From Psammoneis japonica (lineage: Eukaryota), in assembly GCA_008632985.1 (NCBI GenBank), contig QPGO01000005.1, forward strand, positions 1,013,607 through 1,077,606: a DNA stretch of 64,000 bases, in the 5' to 3' direction. This document shows, piece after piece, positions 43,280-54,879 of the stretch (positions within the stretch are counted from its first letter, which is position 1; every line of letters begins with the position of its first letter). The notes below the pieces were generated by a model. That model saw only the letters and a program-made list of their open reading frames with translations. It searched no databases and was not told the origin of the DNA. The translations under genes were made by a program, and so were the position numbers.

Positions 43280-46200
43280 GCCTCAAACAACCCCCCAGTG
43301 GCTTTGTGGTCGACATTCTTTTGTTGCTCCGCCAGTTCGGCAGAACACTTGTTACTCCCTAACAACAAGCGAAGACGACGACGAATCCATGCAAAAGGTG
43401 CAGGCGATCAGCGGCACAACAGTTCAGCACATTTCGATGACAAGCCTTGTGACATGCCGGGATGAACACCCCAGCGTGGCACATCTGAAAGAAACAGAGC
43501 AGTGTGGTGCAAAACCAGAAACAATGACATCAAAGTGCACAACAAGCAACAACAAAGCAAGTGCTGTGACAACAAAAGCCTTGTGACATGCTGCAGTGAA
43601 CACCTTGGCATGGTCCTCCCCACTCGCATCTGAAAGAAAAAGAGTGGGTGTGGCCCAAAACCAGAAACAATGACATCAAAGCACGTGACAAGCACAACAA
43701 CAATTCAAGTGCTGCAAATGTCATTGTGGTCCATTGGTGCACATGTGGGATGTCTCACATGCAATTTAAAAATTGCTGTGCCAGCATTGTGTTTTTGAAC
43801 TTTCCATCCACAGATGCATCTCGCTCCTTCCACAGCCTTGTTGCTCTGCTTTGGAAAACATCCTGTTGGGACCACAGAAGTGGCTGTGGTTTTAAAGAAA
43901 GAAGAAGAGGCGCACACCTTGCTCCAGTGCTTTTGGCATTGCTCTGCTGTTCATGCAAAAGCTGCAGCTGACAGGAACATGTGCATTGTTGGGAGTTGGG
44001 AGTGTTCTCTGTGTGGACCCAAGACTGCATGTGGAACCCTGGTCATCATGAAAGCCCAGCAGGTTTCGGCTTTTCAAGTGGGCAATGGCAAGACAAGTTT
44101 TGCTGCACAAGAGCAGCAAAGAACTTGTTGGTGGTGGATGTGCTTGTCTCACCCTGTTGCAAGCTGCACCAGTTGTGGGGGAAAAATGCAGGTTGGTGGG
44201 TTCTTGATTCTTGCAGCCAATTTTCAGCCCTTTTCCAACCAAGTCAACCACAGCTCACTTGTTCTCAAAAACTGCCCATGTGATCACAGCCCAAAATTGC
44301 AAGCAGTTTTGCCAAGAGTTGTTGCTGGAGCCAGTTGCTTGTGACATGATTTGGGACATGGGTGTTTGGCATGAGAACAACAGCGTGGTTGTCATGCGAG
44401 CGATGTGTTTTCATCCCAGGTGAGAAACGCGCGTGCGGAGGTGAGACGTTTCATCTGTCCCTTTTCCGTCGCCGTGCTTTTTGTGCGAGCAAATCTGACT
44501 GGACTTTCCCCCAATTTTTCGTTTCTTCTTTCCACAGACATGTTTATTTTGAAAAGCCAGCCGTTATTCTCATTGGTTGAAGGGTGCACACAAGAAAAGA
44601 GCTGTCTCGAAAGCGGCATTTTTTGGAGTGAAACTGACAGCTGTCTGCTCATTGTTGTCATTCTGGTGCATTTGAGAGACCATTCCACTGTTTCTTTCAC
44701 CGAATCTGACCACTTTGAAAGAATGTGCGCATTGTTCATTGTGTGAAGAGCTCACACCAAAAAAGAACGGCATTCTAACTCTGTCATTTGCATGAGAAAA
44801 ATCGGGGGAACTGACTTCGCACGTGATTTTTTTGCGCGATCGGCCATTTCAAAGATCGACTGATTTGTCGACCTGTGTGGGATGCTTGAGTGAACAAAAC
44901 AATGGGGTTGAAATGGTGGCATCAAAGTTCAATGTGTGTCCAGTCATTGTGTGATTTGACATGCCTGAGTGGAGTTAAAGATGAAACATTGACAAAATTT
45001 CACCGCTCAAAATGACCGGTTCTATCTTAGAATAAAATAAAATGGCTGCAACACTGAGATGTCGCTGATGGCATTGTTCTGCTTTACAACAATGAAACTG
45101 TCACACTTGCATCTGAGATTCTTTATCCTCACACACCCTCAAAACTGAACACATGACGATTCTCTTGTCGGCAGCGAAATCTGATGTTGTCGCGCGACCC
45201 AAAAGCGTCGTCCACAACGACTCAAAGTGCGGACGATGCATCACAAGAATCACAGCAACGTGTCATAGAAACATTCTTCGTTGTCAGCATCCGGTGTCAA
45301 GCAGATGGAGCAGCACGTTGATGAGAATCCCACTTCGCAAGCTGAGGAAGAGAGAAAGAGGCATCAAAAATGTCATGAGTCAAAAGGCCATCCACAAGGC
45401 ACAACAAAAAACAAAGATCAAATTTTCAACCACACCATCGCATTGAGCGTTGTCTCATTGACCTGTCTCGGCATTCTCACCTTCTCAGTCACAACATCCG
45501 TTGGTGCAAGAATGGACGAGTTCATGGCGACGGCATGGTGCCATTTTCGGTTTGCGCGAATTGTGGTTTGTGGTTCGAGACATGGAAAAACACATTTTTG
45601 CTGTCATGGAGCTCGTTTTTTACTAAGATTTTTGGTGCCAAATGTACGTCTCATGTAGAAACACGTAGAAAACCTCATGATGTGTCCAAAAGTTTCTCAC
45701 CCAGGATGAAAACACATCGAGCCAGCATTGGCTTGGTTTTCTCTTGATTTTTGCTCATTCTCTCCCAGCAGAGTCTCCTCAACAAGCAGCAAGCTGCCAA
45801 TTGTGTGTGGCAAACAAGGGTGCAACATGAGGAATGCTGTTGTGGTTGCTTTTGTTGATGATCCAGTGGGGCTGACAGCAGGGCGGTGCAATGGCAACGG
45901 TCTTCTCTCTCGGCAGGCTGGGTCTTTCCCTTGTGGCTGGAGCAGCACGCTTCTCTGCAGCTGGAGCCACAAGGAGGGCAATCATGGAGGCCACAATGAT
46001 GTTTCCATCAATTGGGAGGAAGTTCTTGTCCTTCCCTCTTCCACCATGATCTCAAAATAATTTTGGCACAGCTGCACACGCAGTTTTTTTCTGTTTTTGT
46101 TTTTGTGAACAAAAAGGGCTTTTTTGTCTCGGCTGATCCTTGCTCTCTCTCTCTGACGAGTCGTCCAGCAAGACAGCAAAAGACAGTCAACTGAGCGTTG

Positions 46201-46350
46201 TGGCTTTTGTCTTTGATGTCTGCCATTGCTCGATCGTTGCAGCTTCGCTTTTTGCTTCTCAACTTTTTTTGCCTCGGTGCGCTTCGCGTCGCTCGACACT
46301 GACCGACCGAACAGCGAGCTTAGCTTGCTGTGCTTGGATTGACGAGGTTT
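43280..46350. mobile_element. Unclassified TpA-depleted degenerate block with a ~134-bp tandem duplication (43442-43703)
   Basis: TA depletion, fragmented ORFs, duplicated GCCTTGTGACATG...AAAACCAGAAACAATGACATCAAAG. Confidence 0.45.
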
Positions 46351-46462
46351 GTCTGTCCTACTAACTACTCGCTCAGTGACGTGTTGTTTCGTTTGCGCGC
46401 GTGAAAACGCGCACCTTGCGTGCACCGCTCACTTTTCTTTTTTTTGTTGTTGACTTGCCACC

Positions 46463-47476
46463 ATGACCGACAGCCGTCCAACTACTACTGATACAACAGA
46501 TGTGGACTTTAGTGCACTGCTACCAAAGACGCAGGTTCACGACATGGTGAAGGAATGGATCGATGATGACATGCCCTCGTTTGATGTTGGTGGATTAGTT
46601 GTCGGCACAAGCATTCACAAGGCACAGCTCTACATGAAATCACCGGGAATCTTTGCCGGTAAACCCTTTTTTGATGCAGTCTTTGAATGTCTGGGCGGGG
46701 ATTGTCAAGTGAAATGGAATGAAGAGTACAGAGAAGGAGCGTTTATTGATGCGTCTGGTACAAACAAGGTGTGCTTGGCCACTGTCACGGGGCCTGCAAA
46801 TCTTGTTTTACGAGGAGAACGGACGGCATTAAACACACTGAGTCGATGTTCTGGTATTGCCACCATTTCCAACGAAGCCGTATCAATAGCAAGGTCATTG
46901 GGTTGGAAGGGACATGTCGCTGGAACACGCAAAACGACACCAGGATTTCGTCTCGCTGAAAAGTACGCGCTACTCGTGGGAGGTGCCGCGACGCACCGAC
47001 TCGATCTCAGTCAAATGGTCATGCTCAAGGATAATCACATTAATGCAGTCGGTGGGTCAATAACGGGGGCTGTTCAACTAGCGAAAAGAGCGGCAGGTTT
47101 CTCTCAAAAGGTTGAAGTGGAATGCCAAGGCCTGGATCAGGCCATGGAGGCGGCACAAGCTGGTGCCGATGTAAGTTGCGTCAGGCTTGCCCTAGTTTCA
47201 CGTGTAGCTGTCCTGTGTTCTCGACCTCACACAACATGGACATCATTTTTATGTTCTTCCTAGGTTATCATGTTGGACAACTATGACGACAATACGGCGC
47301 AACTGCACGCTGACGCAAAAGCAATCAAGACCAAGTATCCTCATGTAGTTATTGAAGCCAGTGGCGGTATTACTGTCGAAACCATGCCAAACTATCTTGG
47401 AGAGCATGTGGATGTCATTTCGAGAAGCTTTATCCAAGGATATCCGGCCGTGGACTTTAGCTTGAAAATTGAGTGA
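46463..47476 (+). CDS. nadC: Quinolinate phosphoribosyltransferase, 2 exons
   Basis: GERTALN, GTRKTTPG, HRLDLS, LKDNH, EVEC, MLDN, EASGGI; intron 47171-47263. Confidence 0.96.
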
Positions 47477-47999
47477 ATCATAATTGCGCTCGATGGTACT
47501 GCTAGACTAATATGGAGCGAACTGCATTAGCTATTGTACTTGCTCTGGGGAGCTCTCTAGAGACTGTAGACTGACAGTTCAAGGTTGGCTCTTAACAATT
47601 CAAACATAGTTATGATAAGGAGCGACCTGTATAAGGAATGTCGAACAATCTGACTGTAGCGCAGATTTTCCTATCGAGCGAACCTATTCACAGCGACAAG
47701 TCCAACCATTATACGCAGGCATTGCGGACTCGAAATTCAATGGCAAGCGTACAATAGCTAACTTAGTAGCAGCCATAGTACTGTAACGCGCTTCTCAAAC
47801 CAATTCTTCTACTACTGTAGACTTAGCACAGTTTCCCTCAATCTATGATATGGAATACCTACGATACAGCAATACGCCCTATCCCTGTCAGTATATAACT
47901 GATGTAGAAAGTTAGTAGTAACCATAGCAGTATCCTAAGCATGTCTAAGTAGCAATTCTTCTCTAGCTATCCTGAATCAACCTTCCTTCAGGTTCTATC

Positions 48000-48374
48000 C
48001 TACTTTTCCCAAAAGAACTTCATCTTCTTTCCGGCAGCAGGCTTCTTCTTGGTATCCTCCTCCACGTAGGTATCATCAAAGCTAAAGTGCTGTTGTTTCA
48101 TGCTGTGCACTTCAAACTTTTGGCTGTCCGCATCCTTGTATTTTTGCTTGAGATGCGCCTTGTCAATTCCATGGGTACGGCGTTCTCGAAGAATCGCTTG
48201 CTGCGTCTCCCATTGCTCATCCACATCGTGTTCTCCAGAGCCGTGTCCGTGAAAGGGCTTGAAATCGAGCCAACCCATTTGCAAAGCAGTCGACGAGGAA
48301 GGCTGAGGACGGGGTGCAAAGGCACTGGCAGATGCCATGAGAGTAGTAGCACTGAGAATGAGGTGGAGCTTCAT
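48000..48374 (-). CDS. Small plastid-targeted hypothetical protein
   Basis: 124 aa; signal peptide followed by the canonical ASAFAP motif and an S/T-rich transit peptide. Confidence 0.8.
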   Translation of the reverse strand: MKLHLILSATTLMASASAFAPRPQPSSSTALQMGWLDFKPFHGHGSGEHDVDEQWETQQAILRERRTHGIDKAHLKQKYKDADSQKFEVHSMKQQHFSFDDTYVEEDTKKKPAAGKKMKFFWEK

Positions 48375-49149
48375 CGTGATTGGCGGGACGGCTTGATTGA
48401 CATCGACATTGTGACAGCGAGAAGCCGGGAAAGATCGTGTTGATGCCGATTTGACACCGGCAATCTGCTTTGCTTCGGCTCATGAGAATTCTGATGTCAC
48501 GATTTCAACTCGATATTCATATGATACATTGATGAATAATAATCATATTAAATATCCCAACCGAAATAACCGTTAAATACTATCAAAAAGTTTGGAATTA
48601 TCGAAGTTAATATACTTTTAAAAAGATATAAAAATTCGGTATTAGAAGACGGTATCAAGTCTCGTACAAAGAATTTAAAATCGGAGTCGCGAGTGACGAG
48701 GACCACAAAATTTCGAGCCACTTTTTGCGAGAGGTAATTGGTGCTTTCAGATCATCCTCATTTTTTTATTGATAAGGTCCTTGCGCTTTGCTGTCAATTG
48801 TATTGGTATTGACAAGGACGTATCGATTGATCCTTGTCTGAAATTGACTGCTCTTCCGTGTGCATTGTGCAAAGGGGCAAAAATTTGCGCCTTGAAGAAA
48901 ATCCGTGCGAGAAAAAGTTAGTCATCGGCATTTGATTTTTCTGGTACAAAAACCACGCAGTTTTCTACGCGTATCTGAAATCAACATATTCAGATCGTTA
49001 TATATACATCTTATTGACCCGCCACGTTGAACGTGAAATCAATCTCAAATCGAGTGATTTCGACTGGTGTCCAGGTCATTTTTTCTTTTCGTCTTACGAC
49101 TATCGCAGTCGTTGTCACTTTTCTTTCTCATTACTAACTAACAAGAGCA

Positions 49150-52100
49150 ATGTGCAAGGAAACAAGTCAGTCGTCGGTGGGCCGAGACAAGTCCTTATCC
49201 TCCAACGACCTTCACAAGGACAGTAGCAACAAAGACGGAAGTTTCTTTTACGAGAATGCCGATGCCGTCGCCACAGTAAAAGAAAACTTGGCATCTGTAA
49301 ACCAACCGCAGGCGCTCGAAAAGAACGTTTCCAACTTGAAGAAGCTCGGAGGTATCGATGGATTGCTAAACATGTTGGGCTCCAACGCGGACTCGGGCAT
49401 TTCGTCTGTTTCGGTCGATGCCCGCCTGAATCTGTTTGGAGGAAACTCATTGCCGTCATCTCCTCGTGCTTCGTTCTGGCAACTCTTTGTCGATACCTTT
49501 GACGATGCGACGCTGCAGATTCTCATTGTGGCTGCCATTGTGTCGTTGGCAGTTGGTATCTACGACGACCCTACGACTGGTTATGTTGAAGGACTCGCCA
49601 TTTTGGTGGCAGTCTTGCTGGTATCGATTGTGACGGCTATGAATGACTACTCCAAGGAATCTCAGTTTCGGGAACTATCCGCCGCCAACGATGATGTGGA
49701 TGTGCTGGTGATTCGTGACGGCGTAGTTCAACAAGTGTCTGTAAACGATATTGTGGTGGGAGATGTCGTTTGCGTTGAAGCTGGAGACCAGATTCCCTGT
49801 GACGGTGTGTTGTTGACAAGTGATGGGCTGCAGGTGGATGAATCTGCTCTTACCGGTGAACCTGATGATGTTCCAAAGTCGCTCGCGCATGATCCTTTTG
49901 TATTAAGTGGGTGTACCGCTTCAGCCGGGTCGGCGCAGTTTCTCGCAATCGCTGTTGGGAAAGACTCGCAATGGGGAATTATCAAGAGTCATTTGGAGCA
50001 TGAGCAGGACCAAACGCCGCTTCAAGAGAAACTGGACGACATGGCAAACATGATTGGATACGTTGGAATGGCAGCCGCCGGAGCGACCTTTTGCGCCATG
50101 ATGTTTATCAAGCTACATGTCCAGCCAAGCTATCTCGATGACATTTCTGTTTTTGCCCATGCGCTCGATGCCTTTATTATTGGTGTCACCATTGTCGTTG
50201 TTGCGGTTCCTGAGGGATTGCCTCTGGCGGTTACAATTAGTTTGGCCTACTCTACCAAGAAAATGATGCAGGACCAAAACTTGATTCGACACTTGGCCGC
50301 ATGCGAAACCATGGGAAATGCCACCAACATTTGCTCCGACAAGACGGGAACGCTCACGGAGAACCGCATGACGGTCGTTCGTGGTATGCTGGCCAATCGG
50401 CGAAAGGACGACTTTAGGTACAAGGCCGATATCTCCAACAAATCTTTGCAAGTCATTCTCGAGGGGATTGCCTGCTGCTCCACTGCTCGTATTGTACAAG
50501 ACACCGATTCACCAGATGGCCGTCCGGTTACAATTGGAAACAAAACAGAGGCGGCTCTCTTGCTCCTAGCTCAATCCGAATGGGGGAACTTTGATGACAC
50601 GCAAAAGCGTCGCTCGGCTGCTCGTTTTGGAAAGCAGGGCGGGTCACGGCTATTTCCTTTTTCCAGCGCCCGGAAGCGCATGTCGGTGCTTGTGGTAAAT
50701 GGGCCATCTGACAATGCATCTATCGCGATGACTCCTCAACGAATGACGCGCAGTGCCACGAGAAGAATGAAGAGTACTAACTGGACTCTCTATCATAAAG
50801 GGGCTGCAGAAGCCTTGGTGAAGGATTGTACTACCTATCTTGACGTGGATGGGACCGAGAAGGTAATGACGTCTACAAAGAGGCAAGAATTCGAAGCTTT
50901 AATATCAGAGTATGCATCAGAAGCACTCCGTTGCGTCGCGCTCTGCCATCGCAACAGCATTCAAGACATCGTTGATCCCACTACTGCTACTCTTGGCGAG
51001 TGTTCCACACTTTTGGAGAAAGAATTATGCCTTGATGGCATTGTAGGCATTGCCGATCCACTCAGAGGTGATGTCGTCGATGCTGTTTCAACGTGCCAGC
51101 GGGCTGGTATATTTGTGCGAATGGTGACGGGTGATAACCTAGATACCGCAAAGGCCATTGCCAAGCAAGCTGGAATTTTAACAGAAGGTGGCCTCTGCAT
51201 GGCGGGCGAAGAATTTCGGAAACTTACGCCGTCGCAGCTGGACGAGATCTTGCCACGTCTTCAGGTATTGGCTCGATCAAGTCCCGAGGATAAGCACATT
51301 CTTGTTCAGCGGTTGAATGGTGGGCTTATGCCAGAAACAGAGCAACAGTGGCTGGAGGCGCATCCAGGCAAGAACTTTGCTAAACACAAGGACTTGCTTT
51401 TACCGGGGTACAGAGATGAATGGGTTCGAAGTCACTGTGTCGGGGAGGTTGTTGGCGTTACGGGCGATGGTACCAATGACGGCCCTGCTCTCAAAGCTGC
51501 AGACGTCGGTTTGTCCATGGGTCTAACAGGAACTGACGTTGCCAAAAAAGCGAGCGACATCATTATAATGGACGACAAGTTTTCATCGATTGTCAAGTAC
51601 GTCGCTTGGGGATTGCAGCTCTGAATTTTCTTTACATTGCGCGAGTACTCACAAGACATGTCTCTATCTTTCTCTCTCCTTCCTTGCTTTTCTAGGGCTG
51701 TCTTATGGGGGCGCTCTGTTTTCGACAATATCCGAAAATTCCTTCAGTTTCAGTTGACTGTCAATGTTGTTGCACTCACGATCACTTTCCTTTCAGCGGT
51801 GGCGGGCTACAAGCCTCCACTAAATGCGATCATGATGCTTTGGGTGAACCTCATCATGGACACAATGGGCGCCCTTGCACTCGGAACAGAGCCGCCGGCG
51901 AAGGAACTACTCGATCGTCACCCGTACAAGCGTAATTCGAGCCTCGTCAGTCTTCAAATGTGGCGGAACATACTCATCCAAGCAACTTTTCAGCTAGGAT
52001 TGCTGGTGTTTATGTTAAACAAAGGTCCACGCATTTTCAAGTGTGAAGATGGCAGTACTCATCACTTCACATTGATATTCAACGCCTTTGTGTTTTGCCA

Positions 52101-52539
52101 AGTTTTCAACGAATTCAACGCGAGAGAAATCGGCGACCATTTCAACCCATTCCGGAAACTTCACAACAGCCCCATGTTCCTTGTGGTGATTGTGTTCACG
52201 GTTGTATCCCAGTGGGCCATTGTTCAGTATGGCGGTGACTTTACTCAAACCTATCCTTTAACTTGGAATGAGTGGAAGGCAACAACTCTGCTAGGCTCGT
52301 TGTCTATTCCGTTTGGCTTTGTGATGCGTCTATTTCCGATTGCCTCGGTCAGTGACGGTTTACAGCCACGAAAGACAGGCTCTCTATTCTTTGGATCTTT
52401 TACTGTTATTCTTATCCCCGTAATCTTGGGCATTGTTTACGAGCTTTTTCTTGAAGCTGAGGAATTTTACGAGCACAAGGATGTTCGGCACGAAATCCCG
52501 TACCACATTGAAAGTGTGCACGAGCATCACTCCTTTTAG
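49150..52539 (+). CDS. P-type IIB Ca2+-transporting ATPase, 2 exons
   Basis: DESALTGE, VPEGLPLAV, CSDKTGTLT, KGAAE, MVTGDN, TGDGTNDGPAL, FQLTVN; intron 51597-51695. Confidence 0.95.
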
Positions 52540-52644
52540 TTCATTAGACCAATAGTTTTTATGTACAAGTTTTCCTTCTAGAATATAGAGTGAACTACAA
52601 TCGTCAATTCTCTTTAGCAGCTGGAGAAACGCCTACCGTACTCT

Positions 52645-54120
52645 CTAGGCAAGCTTTGGCGAGATCTTCTCTTCTACCATGTGCCCATCAAATTCATGGA
52701 TGTGGATAAAAAGCTTCGCGTGAGGTTTATCAATGTCTGGAGGAACGGTCTTTTTCTTGTTTCTTCTTTTATGCAGAGGCAAGCGACTACAGGGGGTGTC
52801 TTTTTGGGCGGAAAGAAACGGCTCGGGGGCTTTGCGACATTCCTTGTATTTCATGCATGATGGATTCTTCGTTTTGTTGTAGCCGTAGTTCTTCACAATA
52901 GATTCGCTCTGAGGGCGACTTCGATTGCTCGCCGCTCTTGTTGGAAGCAATTCAGACGAGGTTCTCCTACCTCGACTACCGTCATGTGCTAGAATGTTCT
53001 TTTTTGATTCGATTCGATTCTTCGATACTCCAAGAACTTCAACTTCTTGGCGTTTTGATGCCGCATTCGAAAAACAAACGAGGTTTGCAATGGACGGGCC
53101 AGCACAGCCGCCCCCATCACCAATGTGCATTTCACGATGAGCACGCGGCAAATGCACCATTTTTTTGCGTTCAGCCACCCGGTCTCCTGAATATTCTGTG
53201 CTATTGCTCGCTGACATAACAATCTGTTCGTTTTTCGTGTTTCTGCTGGATTTTTTTCTTCCTCGGAATGATGCGATCGGCAAGTAGAAACCTTTCTTAC
53301 TACAGGAAGAGCGCTTCTGGAGTGACACCTCTGTTCCGTCGTCCTCGCAAGTTATAACGGCGGGTTCCTTTCGTTTACTTCTTGGCAAGACAGACTTCCA
53401 CTTGATTCCAGATTGGTTAGCTCGACCGTTCCATTTGTTAAAGCGTGGATCGCGTCCTTCAGTTAAGTTCGACGAGTGTTCTTTTCTCGTTGGTTTGTCG
53501 TCATCAATCTCGCTTTCTCGCCCCATCGTTATTTCTTCGGATGGTGAATTGTTTCCTTCTTCATCGTTCGTTACGTCGCTTTGTTGGTCGGCGTTATCCC
53601 TCTCGCTTCTTGAATAATGAAATCGACCATCGCTTGAAGGGTTGCGTTCTTCAATGCCGACGAAATCTACGCGAGGAGTCTTGTCATTATGGAACAATCT
53701 AAATGGTGATTTTTTCTTTTCCTTGGTCGATGAAGGGTCTGCTCCTTGTAAACGTAATAATCGGGTGGCGGCGGCAAACATCGGAGAGGATCTATCTTCT
53801 TTACATGATACGACATCTCTGCAGCTTCTTACATGATGAATCGAACCATCACTTGAAGAGTTGCCGGGCGCTGTCTCGATGGATTCTCCTCGAGAATCTG
53901 AATAACTTTGACTTACAGGAACGTCTTTGTCATCGGAGAAGGTGCCGTAAACGCCCAACAAGTACTCTTCCTCTCCGTTTTCATCGTTGCTGCTGGTACC
54001 GTCAAAGGAGAATGTATCGAAAGGATGAAATCCATGGGGATCTGTAGGTAAGTCCTCTGATGGCTCATCTAACACATATGCCCAGAAAGTATCACCCCAG
54101 ATTGCTTCATCTGACGCCAT
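52645..54120 (-). CDS. Hypothetical low-complexity protein
   Basis: 491-aa ATG-initiated ORF; no recognisable domain. Confidence 0.6.
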   Translation of the reverse strand: MASDEAIWGDTFWAYVLDEPSEDLPTDPHGFHPFDTFSFDGTSSNDENGEEEYLLGVYGTFSDDKDVPVSQSYSDSRGESIETAPGNSSSDGSIHHVRSCRDVVSCKEDRSSPMFAAATRLLRLQGADPSSTKEKKKSPFRLFHNDKTPRVDFVGIEERNPSSDGRFHYSRSERDNADQQSDVTNDEEGNNSPSEEITMGRESEIDDDKPTRKEHSSNLTEGRDPRFNKWNGRANQSGIKWKSVLPRSKRKEPAVITCEDDGTEVSLQKRSSCSKKGFYLPIASFRGRKKSSRNTKNEQIVMSASNSTEYSGDRVAERKKMVHLPRAHREMHIGDGGGCAGPSIANLVCFSNAASKRQEVEVLGVSKNRIESKKNILAHDGSRGRRTSSELLPTRAASNRSRPQSESIVKNYGYNKTKNPSCMKYKECRKAPEPFLSAQKDTPCSRLPLHKRRNKKKTVPPDIDKPHAKLFIHIHEFDGHMVEEKISPKLA

Positions 54121-54879
54121 CGTCGAAAATCTCCAACAAAAAAAAAAAAAAAGTGACGATAGGGATAGGATGTAGCAGGCAGCCGTTGTAACGGTCGTGA
54201 AAACCGTTGAAAAGTCAATGTTGTATGCAAATAGAGATTCCTAACGCATGACCAACCCTAAGTAATTGTCTTATCCTAACGCTTAAGGGGGACCGCCGAC
54301 CTATTTTTTCCGCGTTTATCCTAAAATTAGCAATGTGTTTGAATACCATTATTTCACCATTATTAATTTTAAATACAAGAATTGTTCGATCGCCCACGAA
54401 AACGAGAACATCAGGCACAGCGATCGAAGCACGACGATGACGGCAATTACGCTATCTCTCAAAATTGGCCCAGTGGCACGAGGGACGAAAGCATATAAAT
54501 CAATCTGAACTATATGACGATAATAAAACCAATGAGTATCCCTCGTGAGGTGATACTTTGCAACTCACCGCTCGTCGCGAACATCATCATTGTCGCTCGT
54601 GCTTTTGTCGTGTTATTTTCTGTCGCGACCCGTCAAAAACGCGTAAAAACCCGGAAAAGACGTGCGAAAAAAATAAGCCGACGGCCCGCCTCAACATACA
54701 GCAGGGCTGTACATGTCATTACGACTAGTGCAAAAAGGAGTGCGTAGAAAGCAAGCTAAATGAAATTCAGCAACATGAGGAGTCTCGCCGAAAATGCATC
54801 GTCACTTTTTCAAAAGAACCGCGTCTTTTACAAGGCCTGTCTGCACGAAAAAACCAGATCTAATTTTTAAGTGCTGTCA

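Noticed and set aside
48490..48700. AT-rich tract as a candidate centromere
   Set aside because: Short and located in a divergent promoter region; similar patches precede other genes.
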